In this document: in pieces, positions 1 through 13,199 of the stretch
Layout: every line of letters begins with the position of its first letter
Position numbering within the stretch: the first letter of the stretch is position 1
Assembly (NCBI GenBank): GCA_951406725.2
Contig: OX597816.1
Coordinates: 97,712,001-97,776,000 of the forward strand
Reading direction: 5' to 3'
Length of the DNA: 64,000 bases
Origin: Octopus vulgaris
Taxonomy: Eukaryota
The notes under the pieces: model-generated
Database searches by the model: none
Told to the model about the DNA's origin: nothing
What the model saw: the letters and a program-made list of their open reading frames with translations, nothing else
Position numbers and translations under genes: made by a program

Positions 1-430
1 ATATTTCAGAATATACGGTCTTAGGCCAACGTCAGAAGTTTCTAAAATTAGTGGATGAAAAAAGCAGTGCAATCCCAAAGAATTCATTTATATTCTCCTA
101 AGCTCAGATCCGACCAGAGTTTCCGTTACACTTTAACTGCGTTTTTTTTTTTTTTGCTAAGGAAAAAAGTTGTAATGTTCTCAGAGCCATTCCATTGACA
201 GCATATTTCTATAGAACAGTGAAAAGCTTAGATTTGCATAACCTTTGGCAGGTTAATTACTATTTGAAAATTTGTATATCTGTACTTAATGTAGGTAGCC
301 ATGTGTGCACCTACCAGAGGGTTATTAAAAATTGCAATATAGAAGCATTTGTCTTGGAAACAGCATTGTCTGTGGGAAAATGTATTAGTTCTATAATAAT
401 ACTGAATATTAAACATTCCAAATCAAATAA
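1..430 (-). mobile_element. Possible highly decayed Penelope-like element 3' portion (GIY-YIG C-terminus plus hammerhead-like relic at window edge)
   Basis: Minus translation TNTFSHRQCCF...HMATYIKYRYTNFQI...TCQRLCKSKLFTVL loosely resembles the PLE endonuclease C-terminus. Minus 1-40 reads CTGACGT-tggcc...-GAAA. Confidence 0.25.
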
Positions 431-1939
431 TAATGTAGCAAACACACACAGAATTGTTTTTAACAAAAAAGTTTTTCAAATCTTCTACAAACCGGAGACA
501 TTCGTGTCGCACCTTAAAATCAAGTTAACGAATATGTTACAATATTGATTAAACAATACTCTTTAAAAACTAACAGTTATCTTGCACTATCAGACGTTTA
601 TGAAAACGATGTCTCTCTTGACACAAGTATCATTTAGGATCTAAAGGTTAAAGATGCGAGCTATGATTCAAGTTATATCACCTCTTTGACTCCAGTGTAG
701 ATATGATCTCAGTAAAATATTAAAGCTGTTCAAAGACATCAAGAAATATGTTATATGCTGCATTACCTATGTAAAATAAAAATATATACAAATATATTTT
801 GCATACAAGATATATCTGACGTATGATCAAATTAATGACAGAAATATAATTATAGTTTCTGTTATTGCTCTATAATCATATTTTTCAAATTATCTACAAT
901 AGAATAGATCGCTAATAACATTTACATTCAACTTAAGCACAATCAGTTGGCAATCTGTACATTTAACAATTTTCTTTCTTTTTCTAACTTTGTCCTAACA
1001 TTAAACTTTATTTAGATCAGAGATCTTGTGTTCACTTAGTACGAAACCTCGTGCATCCTAGAATTACGTGACATATGCCATCTACATAATCTGCTACTTA
1101 TCTGTGTTGGGAAAGACGTTTAGTGCACAGGTCAACAAAATCGATAATCTCACATAATCTAAGCGGTATTTAGAAGCAATCTAAACATAAGTTCACAACA
1201 AGGCATGATTTTCTGCATATATTTGTTTTTAATGAGAACAAAATCAAATTAACCCTTTGGCATTTATTCTATCTTTGTGACCTCTAATGCTACACAACAT
1301 CAAGAGAAATTTGGAACATACGAAGTATGGAAATTAAATGGTTGTGAGCTCATGTAATGGATATGATTGTAAGATATCAGAAAGCAGTTCAGAAAGTTTA
1401 AGGTGTGAGAGGAATTACTGTAGATAAATTGTGAAATTGAAAGATGGAGATATAAATGGAGGTAAATTGGAGTGATAAGAAATGGGTGTAAAAAGAGTAA
1501 AGGTGATTGAAAGAGAAATTCACATGTAGACCAAGATCAAATCAGAAAGTAGAACAATTTGCCAATGTAAAGTGTAAAAACGTATTAATTGCATTTATTT
1601 TGAACGCTTTTTGCTATTTTTAACTATTCGCATTATCTGTTGAAAATAAGATCATTTATTCATTGTTTCACTTGTATACAACATCGAGCTATATCACTGT
1701 CGTGATATATAATTAAATTATAACTTGCTAACGTCTATATTATCTTGATCAGGCTCGATCACAAATAAGCGCCAATTTCTTTGCTAAACAATATAACGTT
1801 TCATTATATATGACATAACATCATCTGATTCAAAACCACCACATGACCCATGGATGACTTTAGCGGACACTGGAAGAATTTATGCAGGTCTGTGGTTAGT
1901 GTGACTTTCTGACGTCCTGCCAAATATGCCACCGAAACC

Positions 1940-2975
1940 AAGATTTCTCTTTCATTCCCCCATCAAAACATGCAAAAAAAACTGAAATAAACACACCAGT
2001 CAATTTTCTTTTTGTTCTTTACTCTGCACAGGTTTCGTTCTGACGTAGATCTCATTTATTACATTTTACAAACGAAATATTTTATTCCTCTCAGTGTGAA
2101 AAATTTCTCAATCCCTTTCTATAATTCTTTTCTTCTTTCCGAATACACATTTTATTCAAAGTTTAAGCCGAAAATGTCCGTTTGTACATAAGTGGATGCT
2201 ATCCGCCACTCAAATGGGTATCAGAAACAAGAAATTCTATTTTCCCTTGCTTAAAATCACCGTAGATACATCTGGAAGTGTGTCTGCTCTCCCTAGACAT
2301 TTTCAACAACTAGGTACTCATCAACAATATATCTTCTGATGATTCTTTATTTGACACATAAACATATAACTATTCTCACTACCGGTCCTGGTATCAAACG
2401 TTTTTGCAATCCTCATCTCTATTAACCAAACTTATTCGACTCGTAAATACATCTCTGATTGATATACTTCAAATATCTTTAGTCATTTCGTCTTCCTGGG
2501 ACGTAGAATCTACGAGAACCATTGTGTACATCTACGCAAAATACACACACATATTATATAATTCCTCACGTCACCGGAGAACACATCTAGAAAGACGACA
2601 CTCAGGAATAAGTGAGTGTGGGTCATGTTTGTCTCCTATATATTTCAAGTCGTTTATTGAGAGGTACATTATGGCTTTTGAATCAAACTCAACGCCTAGA
2701 AAAACTCATCCGTCTAATTCAAGGTAAGAAAAAAGAAAAAGAATAGTAAAATAAAAATCAAACTATATGTTAATATAAATAAACATTATATTACCTATCT
2801 TATCTTCTCCAGACATGATCGATTGTGTTACTAGCAGGATGATCTTTAAAAATATATGGTCACGAATTTTACACCACGATATCTATCAACTATAAAATTC
2901 TTAAACGGTGTTTTGTAGTCAGCCGATGAAGAGAACTGCTAAAAAACAAGATCGAAAACGTAGAACCTATAATAT
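1940..2975 (+). mobile_element. Decayed Penelope-like element (RT thumb to GIY-YIG region)
   Basis: Scattered plus-strand motifs in the expected order: LHRFRSDVDL (cf. LRRLCSDDxDF), RHFQQL..IF, SHF-x-LPG and QRLEKLIRL, followed by CCGATGA...GAAA at 2923-2957. Many stops and frameshifts. Confidence 0.4.
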
Positions 2976-3999
2976 AATTTATGTATTTATTAATTTTTTT
3001 CAGCATTAATTTGATTAGATTTTTAAGCTGTACTTACGTTATGTTATGTTATTGCTCTATTCGGTTAACATTTTTATTGTACAGTCTACTAAACGTTTCT
3101 GCACACGACAAATACATTCTTTATAATAATAAGACATTAATTCTTTTAATTACTATAGAATTCATTTCTATAAATCAATTTGAATTTCCCTTTTTATATT
3201 TAGTTCGCTGATTCGCACCATTTTCCATAAATTGTGTCTTTTAATTTGACGTATTTCTGTCAGTGATATTTCGGCACTTACCATATACCACAAGTTCCCA
3301 GTGTGTATATCAATACCAAAATTATCATAAATGCAAAATTATATTCCTGTCCTACATCTACATACGCTGGAAGACATTTGTGATGTATGTATATATATAT
3401 ATACATATATATATATACACGCACGCACAGTGAAAGTACTCACGTATATGCTTATAGAGTAAATATCAGGGACTTATATGGAAGAAAGAAGCAGAGAAAT
3501 GTGAGAGAGAAATGGAGAGGTAAAATGAGTTTACTTTGCTATATATTTTATAATAATTATGTGTTTAAACATCCAAAATACACCACATATCTTCTAATCA
3601 GTTCGATATATCGATTTTGATTAGCAAATATCAAATTAGAAAAAATATACATATATACGCATTAAACAATCTATAGCCTTTCTAACTGATTACACAGACC
3701 ATAATCGAATATTATCAATAATTTGAATAATTTACATGATTATATTATATTTCATTACTTAATATTTTTATGTGTTGTAATACGATTTTTTTACGCAAAA
3801 AATATTGGTTATTTTTGTTGATAATTGGAATATACAAACATGCGGCCAGTTCTGTAAATATTAATAATGTTTGTTACCATTGATATCTTTCAACTTCTTT
3901 TCCAACTTTTGGATAGAATTAGCAGGTTATACCAAGTAATACTGACAGGGATCACGATGTGAACGCTCCTGAATTGATTTTCTACGTGAAGAAAGAAGG

Positions 4000-5090
4000 G
4001 CTTGTGTCCAACGTTGATACCAGCGCTTACTTATTCAAGATTAGGTTAACATTTAAGACTACCAGAAATCTTATGCGAACATGAAAAACCCTCGCCCTAA
4101 AGTGAGGGGCATGTCTACCCTCGTAGAAATCACGAGAAATACGGAAGCATCAACTGAGCTAAAAGGGAGACACTCAACGAATCAACATCAAAGAGAGAGA
4201 AAAAGGACTTATATTGTCATTCTAATCGTTGAGTTCCGAAGTGTTGTCGACAACTCAGTTGTAAAAGCAACTTCCAAAATGCCTGAATGACCGAAGATTA
4301 TGATTAACGATTTCAGTCGCTAAAACACACACTGGGGATGTGCCAATAAGCACGCTGATTGGGATGCAGTAGAGGCCTCAGCAGAAAAAGACAGTTTACT
4401 GTAATCCACGATGCTAAACAATTAATGCCTTTCAACAAGCGCCATTGAAATTGGGCTGCAAAAGTTATATTTTTAGTTTAGCTAAAATATCACAGGCTCA
4501 AGCAAGAAGTTTCTCTTGGAACAACTGCCAAGAAACCAACTTCACTCCGTCGGCATTATAGTCAGTGGTACAATAATTCCAGCCACAGCTATTCAGATAA
4601 GATAGCGTTCTAGGCTAGGAAAGACGAACGTCCGTTTCGCCAAAGAATTATGACAAGTTTTTGGACGAGAATTATCTCAAGAAGTATGACAATTTTGCAA
4701 AGCCTGCAAGCTTGTACAACAAGCAGTATTCATTAATACCCCCCCCACAAAAAAAAAACATTACTCAATACATTTGGGGCTTTGATGCTGAAGTATTAAC
4801 TGTATTAGCAATAACCAAAGCTCTATGAATTCCAACCCGCTACAGAATGTACGATTGAGGTAGGTGGGAGATGCATGATTTTCTTACAGGAGCACCGACA
4901 ACAGATGTGGCAAGTATTGGTGGAGACAACAGATATGATGGAAACCTTCAAAGCCGCGTGGCGTGTCACATGCAAAATAGCAAGGATCTTTCGACCTCAG
5001 CACTGCAGCAGTATAACAACATTGTTAACCAAATTGCACACAAGCAGCTGCTCAATGAGAAATTTACAGCTAAATAGCCAAGACCAAAAT
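4000..5090 (+). mobile_element. Ingi/Vingi-type LINE fragment (APE endonuclease and linker), pseudogenised
   Basis: RPKVRGMSTLVE/HEKYGS; IMINDFSR*NTHWGCANKHADWDAVEASAEKDSL/IHDAKQLMPFN (cf. IGDFNSHxTxWGY...WA...LIHDAKLPxSFNS); WQVLVETTDM...KAAW; NQIAHKQLLNEK (cf. ANQVAHQLLLNG). Confidence 0.8.
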
Positions 5091-5150
5091 TAGATCTAAA
5101 CTAGTAAATCGCTCTTAAACTAGATCTAAACTAGTAAATTGCTCTTAAAC
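5091..5150 (+). repeat. 30-bp tandem duplication
   Basis: tagatctaaactagtaaatcgctcttaaac / tagatctaaactagtaaattgctcttaaac (1 mismatch). Confidence 0.95.
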
Positions 5151-5212
5151 TTTTGAAAGGAAAAAGACGTTCTCCTTTAAAGAGCTTTCTATCAGAATCG
5201 ATATCCTTCAGA

Positions 5213-5259
5213 TTGTTGTTGCTGCTGCTGCTGCTGCTGATGATGATGATGATGAAGAA
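5213..5259. repeat. Compound trinucleotide microsatellite (TTG)(CTG)(ATG)(AAG)
   Basis: Directly visible. Confidence 0.95.
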
Positions 5260-5342
5260 AAGGAAGACATCGGTATTGCTGACATCAATGATGGCGATTA
5301 CTAAGATTAGGGTTTTAAGAATACCTGTGTATATGTAAGTGC

Positions 5343-5343
5343 A

Positions 5344-5391
<48 letters not shown>
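5343..5391. repeat. (GT)n microsatellite
   Basis: Directly visible. Confidence 0.95.
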
Positions 5392-5392
<1 letters not shown>

Positions 5393-6714
5393 TAGGGAAT
5401 TTATGAAAACGATAAGAACAAATATTTAGTTGGCGAATAAATATATATATGGACGTAGCTTAATGGAAATAAACAAATGTGTTGAATGTAATCTCAGATG
5501 TCAATAGTAGTGGCTGTTCGATGTTTATGTATTTAGTCTGCGCTTGGGAATCAAAGTTATTGGTAGTTGAAGCCAGCATCATGTTTATCATGACACATAT
5601 AGGAGCGAACGAGTAAGGAGATAATCATATTGTATCTGTGTGAGGTGAAATAGAGTTCAAACGAGAAGAGATACATAATTTTTACAATTGGTGATATTTT
5701 CATGAGATAGAAATTACCCTGACACTTTTGTCAGCAGTGAACAAGTAATAAGGAAAATATTTTCGTCATTCCTTCCATGAATAATTATGAAGGATTTCAT
5801 GATTTTAGATACCTTTTATTAAACAAGGTAATTGCTGAAAATACCCACCAAAACTTTTATTCAATGTCTGATGACCAATCAATGCTTAGATGTACTGACA
5901 TTTATCTCCGTTTCTCATGTTTCTCTTGCCTATCAAGTGCAAGCGAACATTCTGCTGTATTCCTTAAAATCTGAGCGTCACACTTTTCAAGCTATTTGCA
6001 GGATCTGCGCTTCTTGCATACACCTAAGATCGAAGAAAGAATATGTAACTGATCTCGTGAAGAAACAGAGGGGCATCTCTCTCTCTCTCTTTACGATTTT
6101 AAACTTCATCTGGTACCAGGTGTATTTAAACGCTTAGAACCTTAAACTAACATACATCCAATAACGGAAGCGCAGGGACAAAAAACATTAAACCGAAAGT
6201 CCATAGCAGTTCTTGCTTTCCGAGATTTCGTCTCCAAAACTTTGGATTTAAAATGTACGCTCCTTGAAACTTTTTTGTGTGTCTAGCCATATTATTACCC
6301 AATACACACGCACACACATACATATATCTTGATGTATGTGTATGTGTGTTTGTGACTCTGGAGTATCCTTATAGAATACTCACGGTATGTCGAGTATATC
6401 GCAAAGAAAGAGTACTCACCTTTCTTCTAGTTCAAAATCCAGTAACAGAATTCACTAGAACCATGCTTTTTAGCCTCGTCACTATATTTGTGCTTTATGA
6501 TAACTCGCCCTTTGCTGATAGCTATCTTTTGTGAAAACAGTGAAAATCTAATAAATAGTAGCAAGAAATGTTCGTTATATTATTATAATCACTGTCTAGT
6601 GATTATAACCAAGAAATTATCAATAGAAATAGAGCATAAAACAAAATCAAGCAGAAATTTTAAAATTCTGTTCTCTGACCAAAGTTCCATGCTCCTAAAA
6701 ATTTTTAGAAGCAC

Positions 6715-6876
6715 AAGGCTTGAAATTTCGATCCCTTTGCTCAACTGGTAATTATTTAATCAATGCCTGAACTGAAATTCTACCCCACCGGAATTTCAAC
6801 TCAGAACTTAAAGTCAGAAGAAATATCATTAAGCAATTTGTCCGGCGTGCAAACGATTCTGCATGCTTGCGGCCTT
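6715..6876 (-). mobile_element. Degenerate tRNA-derived SINE (same family as 13821-14197)
   Basis: ggaatttcaactcagaac...aagcaatttgtccggcgtgcaaacgattctgc is the reverse complement of the family head seen at 13821 and matches 53220-53270. Confidence 0.75.
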
Positions 6877-9800
6877 TTATATTCTTAATGATAGCTGTCG
6901 CAGAAATCAATTACTTTCAAACTATAAATTAGATGAAATATTAATGATAATTACCATGACAATTCATTAGTAACGCCAACAACAATCTTTAAGTTATTTT
7001 ATGCTACTGCATAAACACTAGATACAGCTTTAACAAATTTGCATTAATCGCAGTTTACATTTACAAGGAAGAACTGCAGTCATTCCATTTCTATACAATA
7101 TTTTAAAACTAAATTGCCTTGCCCTCCTTGTTAACACCGTCAATCAGTATTTGCTCGAATAACAAATTCCCTAAAAAGATGAAGACATACTTCAGGTGTA
7201 CCTCAGAAATATCTGTTAATTTAACGATGAAGATGAACCGTTGACATTTGAATTTATCCTATACGATAATTTCACAGTTACTTTCTGATCCAACGACGAT
7301 TTGTGCACAAATGTAAGCGATTAAATCGACCCCTTCACCAGCTAATTAATATTTTATATTATACTGGCCTTGGTGCGATGAAAGTAAAAGTTTCATATCT
7401 GCTGGCTTTGAACTCTGAAATTTCTCCGTGAGAGAAAAATATTTATTTCAGGAGTATATATAAGGCATTGAACGTACACTCATATACTGCTATAAAGCAT
7501 TATCATTATTTCAAGTAGAAGAACGATGCAGGGAAGGAGCAGTAGGCTGTCCGAAAAAAATCATTGAGTTTGACTTCAATTCTTTCAAGGTTTAGGAAGT
7601 CGATATCGGGTGTATTTCAGTAGAGCCTGCATTTTAATAATCTACTTTATTTATCTCATTTAGAAATGATTATCAGTAAGATAACGTGCGGTTTCTAATA
7701 ATGCATGTCCTCCATGACTGATACAATTTCGGAAGTATATCAACCTCATTACATTTTCTCTCCCTAACATGTTCTGATAGAATATTCTCGTAACATTACA
7801 AAAAACAAATACAATGTTCAGTTACTGTAAAATTTGTTAATGTATAAGCTGCAACATTTGAATGAATTTCAACAAACAAAATCCATTACATTATAGCAAA
7901 AGTGCCGAATTGGAATGACATCGGCGCTCACTATGTATACCAATACACCAAGATTGATAAAATTTGTATCAGCCATATTCTAAAGATGGTTAAATCAGGA
8001 GCACACTACATACAACAGAAGTGCACAGCTTTGTATCTATGTTAGACATTGATACTTTTTCATTTATTCTTTCATTTTTCAGCTGTGCGTTTAATATTTC
8101 TTTATATAAGGACGTTTTAAAGGAAATTCTGCAATCACTTTATTGAGTAAATATCTGATTGTATGGAACACTTCAATTCTATTTAGTGTTTGTCGCAGAG
8201 ACTGCATTGACAAATGAGCATATATAATCGGTTTTTCTTTCATAATGAGATATATGTTCTATCTGAAACCCATTAAATATTAAATAAACTAAGAAATAAA
8301 TAGCAAACTGTACTATAGCAATCGATTGCTATGACCTATTTCTCCCTGTAATTGTTATTTCAATAGCTCTTCAATTGATTGATTCCGTCCACAGAAACTT
8401 TTTCATTTCATTCATGTAGTGGTGGACTGTTATTCAATTGATGTATTTAATAAAGGATCATAAATCACTGATATAAATTTCTTATCTCTATGTTTTATTA
8501 TGTAGGAATATATTATAGAATGACACTTTCGTCTTGTGTAGGAAATCAATCAATTGTGACAATCAGCTAAACTGTTGCCGTATACCCGGCTTCATACAAA
8601 CTCAAACATTTGGTTTCACTAACCTTCTAGTAAACATACATGCCGCCTTCCTCCTGTCGTATTTTCAATAATTCTCGAATCTTATTCGTCTATGGAAAAC
8701 GTGTATTTGGATACTTAAATACATTTATTGATGATGAATAAAATCATGGAGTAAATTCGTAAAGTTTTAAGTAGGATTCTTACATAAAATTTCCTGTTAA
8801 AAAAATTAAATATGTGCCCTCGTTTTGATATTTGAAGTAATTACACTTTAATAAACGATATACAATATAAGCAGAAGTGAACCGATATTAAAGTCCATGC
8901 ATTCAGTTCAGTTTCACAAATAAGATAATGAATGTTTTTGAAGAGATGTCTCTAGTGGATAGTATAAAAGGTTCGTATTGCTGTATATTGCTTAATTTTC
9001 CATAGTTTGTAACGACGACACCTGCAGGAATTCAAATTATGAGAATGGCTGGAAGAAAATGCATTTATATTTCTTCTCTAACGATTAATATTTCTACACC
9101 AACCGCAAAATTAAGTATAAATTAGACTCCGTTAAATTACTTGTGTATAATCTTTTCTTTGAAAAAGGCAACGCAATATTTTTATTTCACCGATTTGCTC
9201 CTAATGTGAAATAGTAATACTATTTTGTTTGTGCCTGTATTCAACTAATTTGACCTTGGTGGAGGTTGCCCTGGCCAAATGAACAGACGACTCCAATTAC
9301 AATTGTAATACCCCCACTCCTTTTATATACAGTGTAGCACTCTTCTGCCACGAAAAATAAAATCAATAATTTTTAACTGATTATATGAATAATTCGTAAT
9401 CTGAAATCACGCAACCATATTAATTTTCAGCCAATGATTACTTTTACCTTTGGTCAAGCGCAAAGGCTTCTTATTTGTGCCAACCTAAAGGTATTTACGA
9501 GAGTAATTGACAAAAGTTTTTAGCCAAAATTAGTAAGTATCAAGACTATTTTATTTAGTCACTTGGCCAGTTTAAAAACAGCCGTATAATTTTCAAATAT
9601 CGTACTACCGGTTAAAAGAAAGGTAACAATTAAATATCAAATCGGGATCAGAGTTTGCTCTAAACACAAATATCCCGATCATCACTACACATATATGTTT
9701 GATAATACATTACTCATTGAAGACTAGTTTAAAACGAAGAAATTACAACACAGTTTTCAATTTTCTCCATCACTCATAGCTCTCTGCAACGTTTGCTATT

Positions 9801-10379
9801 AATCTATGTATAATCAATATATACACTACTGATTACATGTTGCCTATGAAGTCATTAGTTAAAAGAAAGATTCATTGCCGATAATGTTTAGCAAAGGTGC
9901 ATAGTTTTGTGAGTTGACTCAAATTTGTGCAAAAATGAATTTCTCAACAACTGGCTCCTCATTAATGTGAACAAATAACCACTTCACATTTTACTGAATT
10001 ACAAAAATACGCGAGACTGGCAGTAATTTCTGATTTCCGTATTAGAACAGAAACGATTACATTATTGGTAGGACACAGAACCATATCAGATGGGTATGTC
10101 TTTGGTGGGATTGAAATCGGCTCTGACATTTAATAATCCACCTGTCAAGTATACTATTTTGTCAATAACGAAATATACCACTTAAGACATTTTAATGGAA
10201 TTACATGACTTTGGCAGTCGCAGTGGTTGGGGTCATTGTTAGCGTCCGGATGTGAACGTGTGACATATAATCTACCTCTCTCTTTTACGTTATTAAATCG
10301 TCGGTACTCACAATATCTATGATACAAAAGTCAGGTATGAAATCAGTAATCATTTTTTTGTGTGTGATACTTGCGTATT

Positions 10380-10860
10380 TTCGAAGCGTTTCTGAACTTC
10401 ATTTTTTTCAGTATTGATGGAATAAATATCGGATGAGCACTGGGGTCTCTGTAATCACCATTCAAATTTGCTGGCCTTATACAATAATTATAAAAAATAT
10501 ATATTTGTCTTTGAAACTTGCTATTATATTTCATATTGTTATTTACTTTACGTATTCAAGATCTTTCCATTCCGGGTTCAAATGCCACCGAGGTCGACTT
10601 TGTTTTTCCTCTTTTTGCAGTCGATAAAACAAGAATCAGTTGACCATTAGGGTCTATGTAATCGACTACCTGTCTCCTCGTGTGCTGATATTAGAAATAA
10701 GTATTTACTTCCCGCATTCCGGCTCTTTAGGTTCTGCATTCAAATTCAGCCGAGCCTATTCTTCCAGAGTCAATAAAATAAGAACTAATTGAAAACTGGG
10801 GTCAATGTAATCAACTTGCTTCTTTCTTAAAATTCTCATAATTGTGTCAAACTTCTACAC
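10380..10860 (+). mobile_element. Three tandem degenerate SINE cores (family of 13821-14197)
   Basis: Repeated ttcaaat..ccgaggtcgactttg..tcgataaaa..ctggggtc.atgtaatc.act motifs at ~10430, ~10575 and ~10735. Confidence 0.65.
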
Positions 10861-11842
10861 CGTTATTTCTTATAAAAAGAAGAGTGACAGAAAGCTAAGT
10901 TATTTGAACACTTGAGTAAAGGTGCTTTTTTTTTAATAAAAATGATTGGTATGTTTCAAGTTCAAATATTTTTGGTGGTAGCATATTGTAGTCGCTAATT
11001 GTGTTTGTCTGCACACTACCGTTTTCTTGTAGGTGGGAGTATTCTTTCATTTCCCCCCTCCACTTATGTAATATTTTGATTTAATTTCTCATTTACCAGT
11101 TCATTTAGCTCTTTCCAACAGGCATGAATATATGATTGAATGGTCGAAAAAGAAATGCATTGCCTTATTTTGGAACAGGACATATCACTAGCCTCTTTTA
11201 TGAAGTCTCTTTTCGATCATTTCCATATTTTTCACCTATCAAGCTTATATCTCAATCTTCGCTATATATTATCACTTAATACAGTGTCGAAATTCCAAGT
11301 GAATTCGGAGGCTTTATCTAAATGTTGGTACCCATTCTAAATGCCTCGTCTCGGTCCTGAAACGGTTTACATCTTTTTCTCCAACTCCGTAAACGGCAAC
11401 TTGGCCAGCATATCCATAAAGCCGGTTGCTGAGTTATAACAACAGCAACCAACTCTTGTCATGATTATACGCGGAGTTTATTTCTGTCTTTCAAATATGT
11501 CAAAATATTTTATTGTAGCTTTGACTGCTCGTGACAGTATTCATCATCTCAATAGATTAAATATCTAGGATTTCTGCACTCCATTGCTAATCTCGAATTC
11601 TTTGATCAAATTAGCCATGCAGAAAAGTATTTCCCGGACACTTCTGTACTCTCTTAGTGTTAATATTGTTTAGAAATCCAGTATTTTCAACTCACCTTTC
11701 ACATCTATCTATACTGATATTTCCTGCTAATTGTAGTAAAGCTGCAATAATTTTTAACACTTAAAACTATGCAAAGTGTTCTCAGTATATAAACGTGTAC
11801 ATTAAGTATATTGGCCACGAATGAAAAATTGTCCCACTTCTG

Positions 11843-11881
<39 letters not shown>
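11843..11881. repeat. (CTA)n microsatellite
   Basis: Directly visible. Confidence 0.95.
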
Positions 11882-12126
11882 AGGATACTACTGTTACTGC
11901 TACTGCTGCTAGTACTGATACTTGAAATATTGCTACTATACTGCTGCTAGAATCAAATCGTATAGCTGTGAGGAAATTTCTGTCACAAAGGCTTGAACGT
12001 TTCTACTATCTGATTTTCGTAATTTTCACTCGTGATTTTTCTTTCGAGTAACGGACTTTTTCAGTTGCTGTCCTGTCATTACTTCATTTTCTCATAATTT
12101 TGGACCGCTTCAACCAAACTAGAAGT

Positions 12127-12620
12127 ATGACTAAAACCACCCCATTTAATCTTTCCAATACGAGTGAGAAATTAGAAATCGAGTAGGATTCAGTATCTTA
12201 CTTGCAAGAGAAGGGTACTGTCCCTAAAGCAAAACAAAGCAGTTGGTTTTTGAAGGAGTGTTTTGCGAGACCAGACAAATTTTTCTTCATGCAGTGCCAT
12301 GTTGGAATCACGATACACTAGAGAAATGCGTATATCAGTTGGTTCTTCCAGGATTCACAGTTTCCAGTGACATTTGGTGGGGCCTACTCTTACATTCCCG
12401 AAATTAATGATTATAATTTTCAACATAGGGTAGTGAATCACAGCACTGAGTTTATTAACTCAAAAGATGGTACTCATAGGCAACAACTGGAAATCACACA
12501 GTTCTGTGTAAAATGAAGTAGTAAACAATCCTGCAGGACCCACCATTCTGTGGTCGACTCATTTCTCTGCGATTTTATGTGGCGCAGGGGATACCGAAAT
12601 TGTAAATTGTTTTCGCTACA
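12127..12620 (+). mobile_element. Merlin (IS1595/ISXO2-like) DDE transposase relic, internally deleted
   Basis: MTKTTPFNL...E*DSVSYLQEKG joined to QLVFEGVFCETRQIFLHAVP...VLPGFTVSSDIW/AY...HRVVNHSTEFINSKDGTHRQQLE...VDSFLCDFMWRR. This matches the ISXO2 motifs WVFGG, PGTxIxSDxWxAY, VNHSxxF, GxHTQxIE and EFMWR. Confidence 0.85.
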
Positions 12621-13199
12621 CAGAATGTATTAATTATTTGCATGAACTGAACTATACCTACAGTAGTATAACGCGGTATAATGTAGAGTTGTCTTTGTAA
12701 TCTCTCGCAAAATATAAAAATAAAAAAAAACTTTATCATGCAAATTTTCTTTTGAAATTATTTACATGCCTGTTCCAGGGTTGAATTTATTCATTGAAAC
12801 TTTTAAAACTTATTCATTAAAACTTCTTCCAAATTTCGTCCTCGTAATGTTTTGCTTTCATTTTGTCTAATAAAAGTTCGCCGTCATAAGTTGCAATAGA
12901 CAGCTATCACGCAGGAAATGCCAGCTTTCAAATCCTGTTTCCTGATTGAGCAACACTTATTAAAGTTTAAATCTTTGTTTTTTCAAACATTTTATTGGAA
13001 CAAGTAAATAACAAAATCGGATCTAGCATGAAAACTTATATCAATAAAACAAATTTAAAATTTTTCACTTAACTGTAAACTTCAATAACTGTGATAGCAA
13101 CAGAAATGATTAGAGATACCTATCTATAGAAGACGTTCGTGTACTATAAGACATGTACGGTATAGTTCCCCATTCTTCATAATATAATGCATAAAACTA

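Noticed and set aside
11000-11750. Possible L1/Tx1 relic on the minus strand
   Set aside because: No diagnostic motif could be read.
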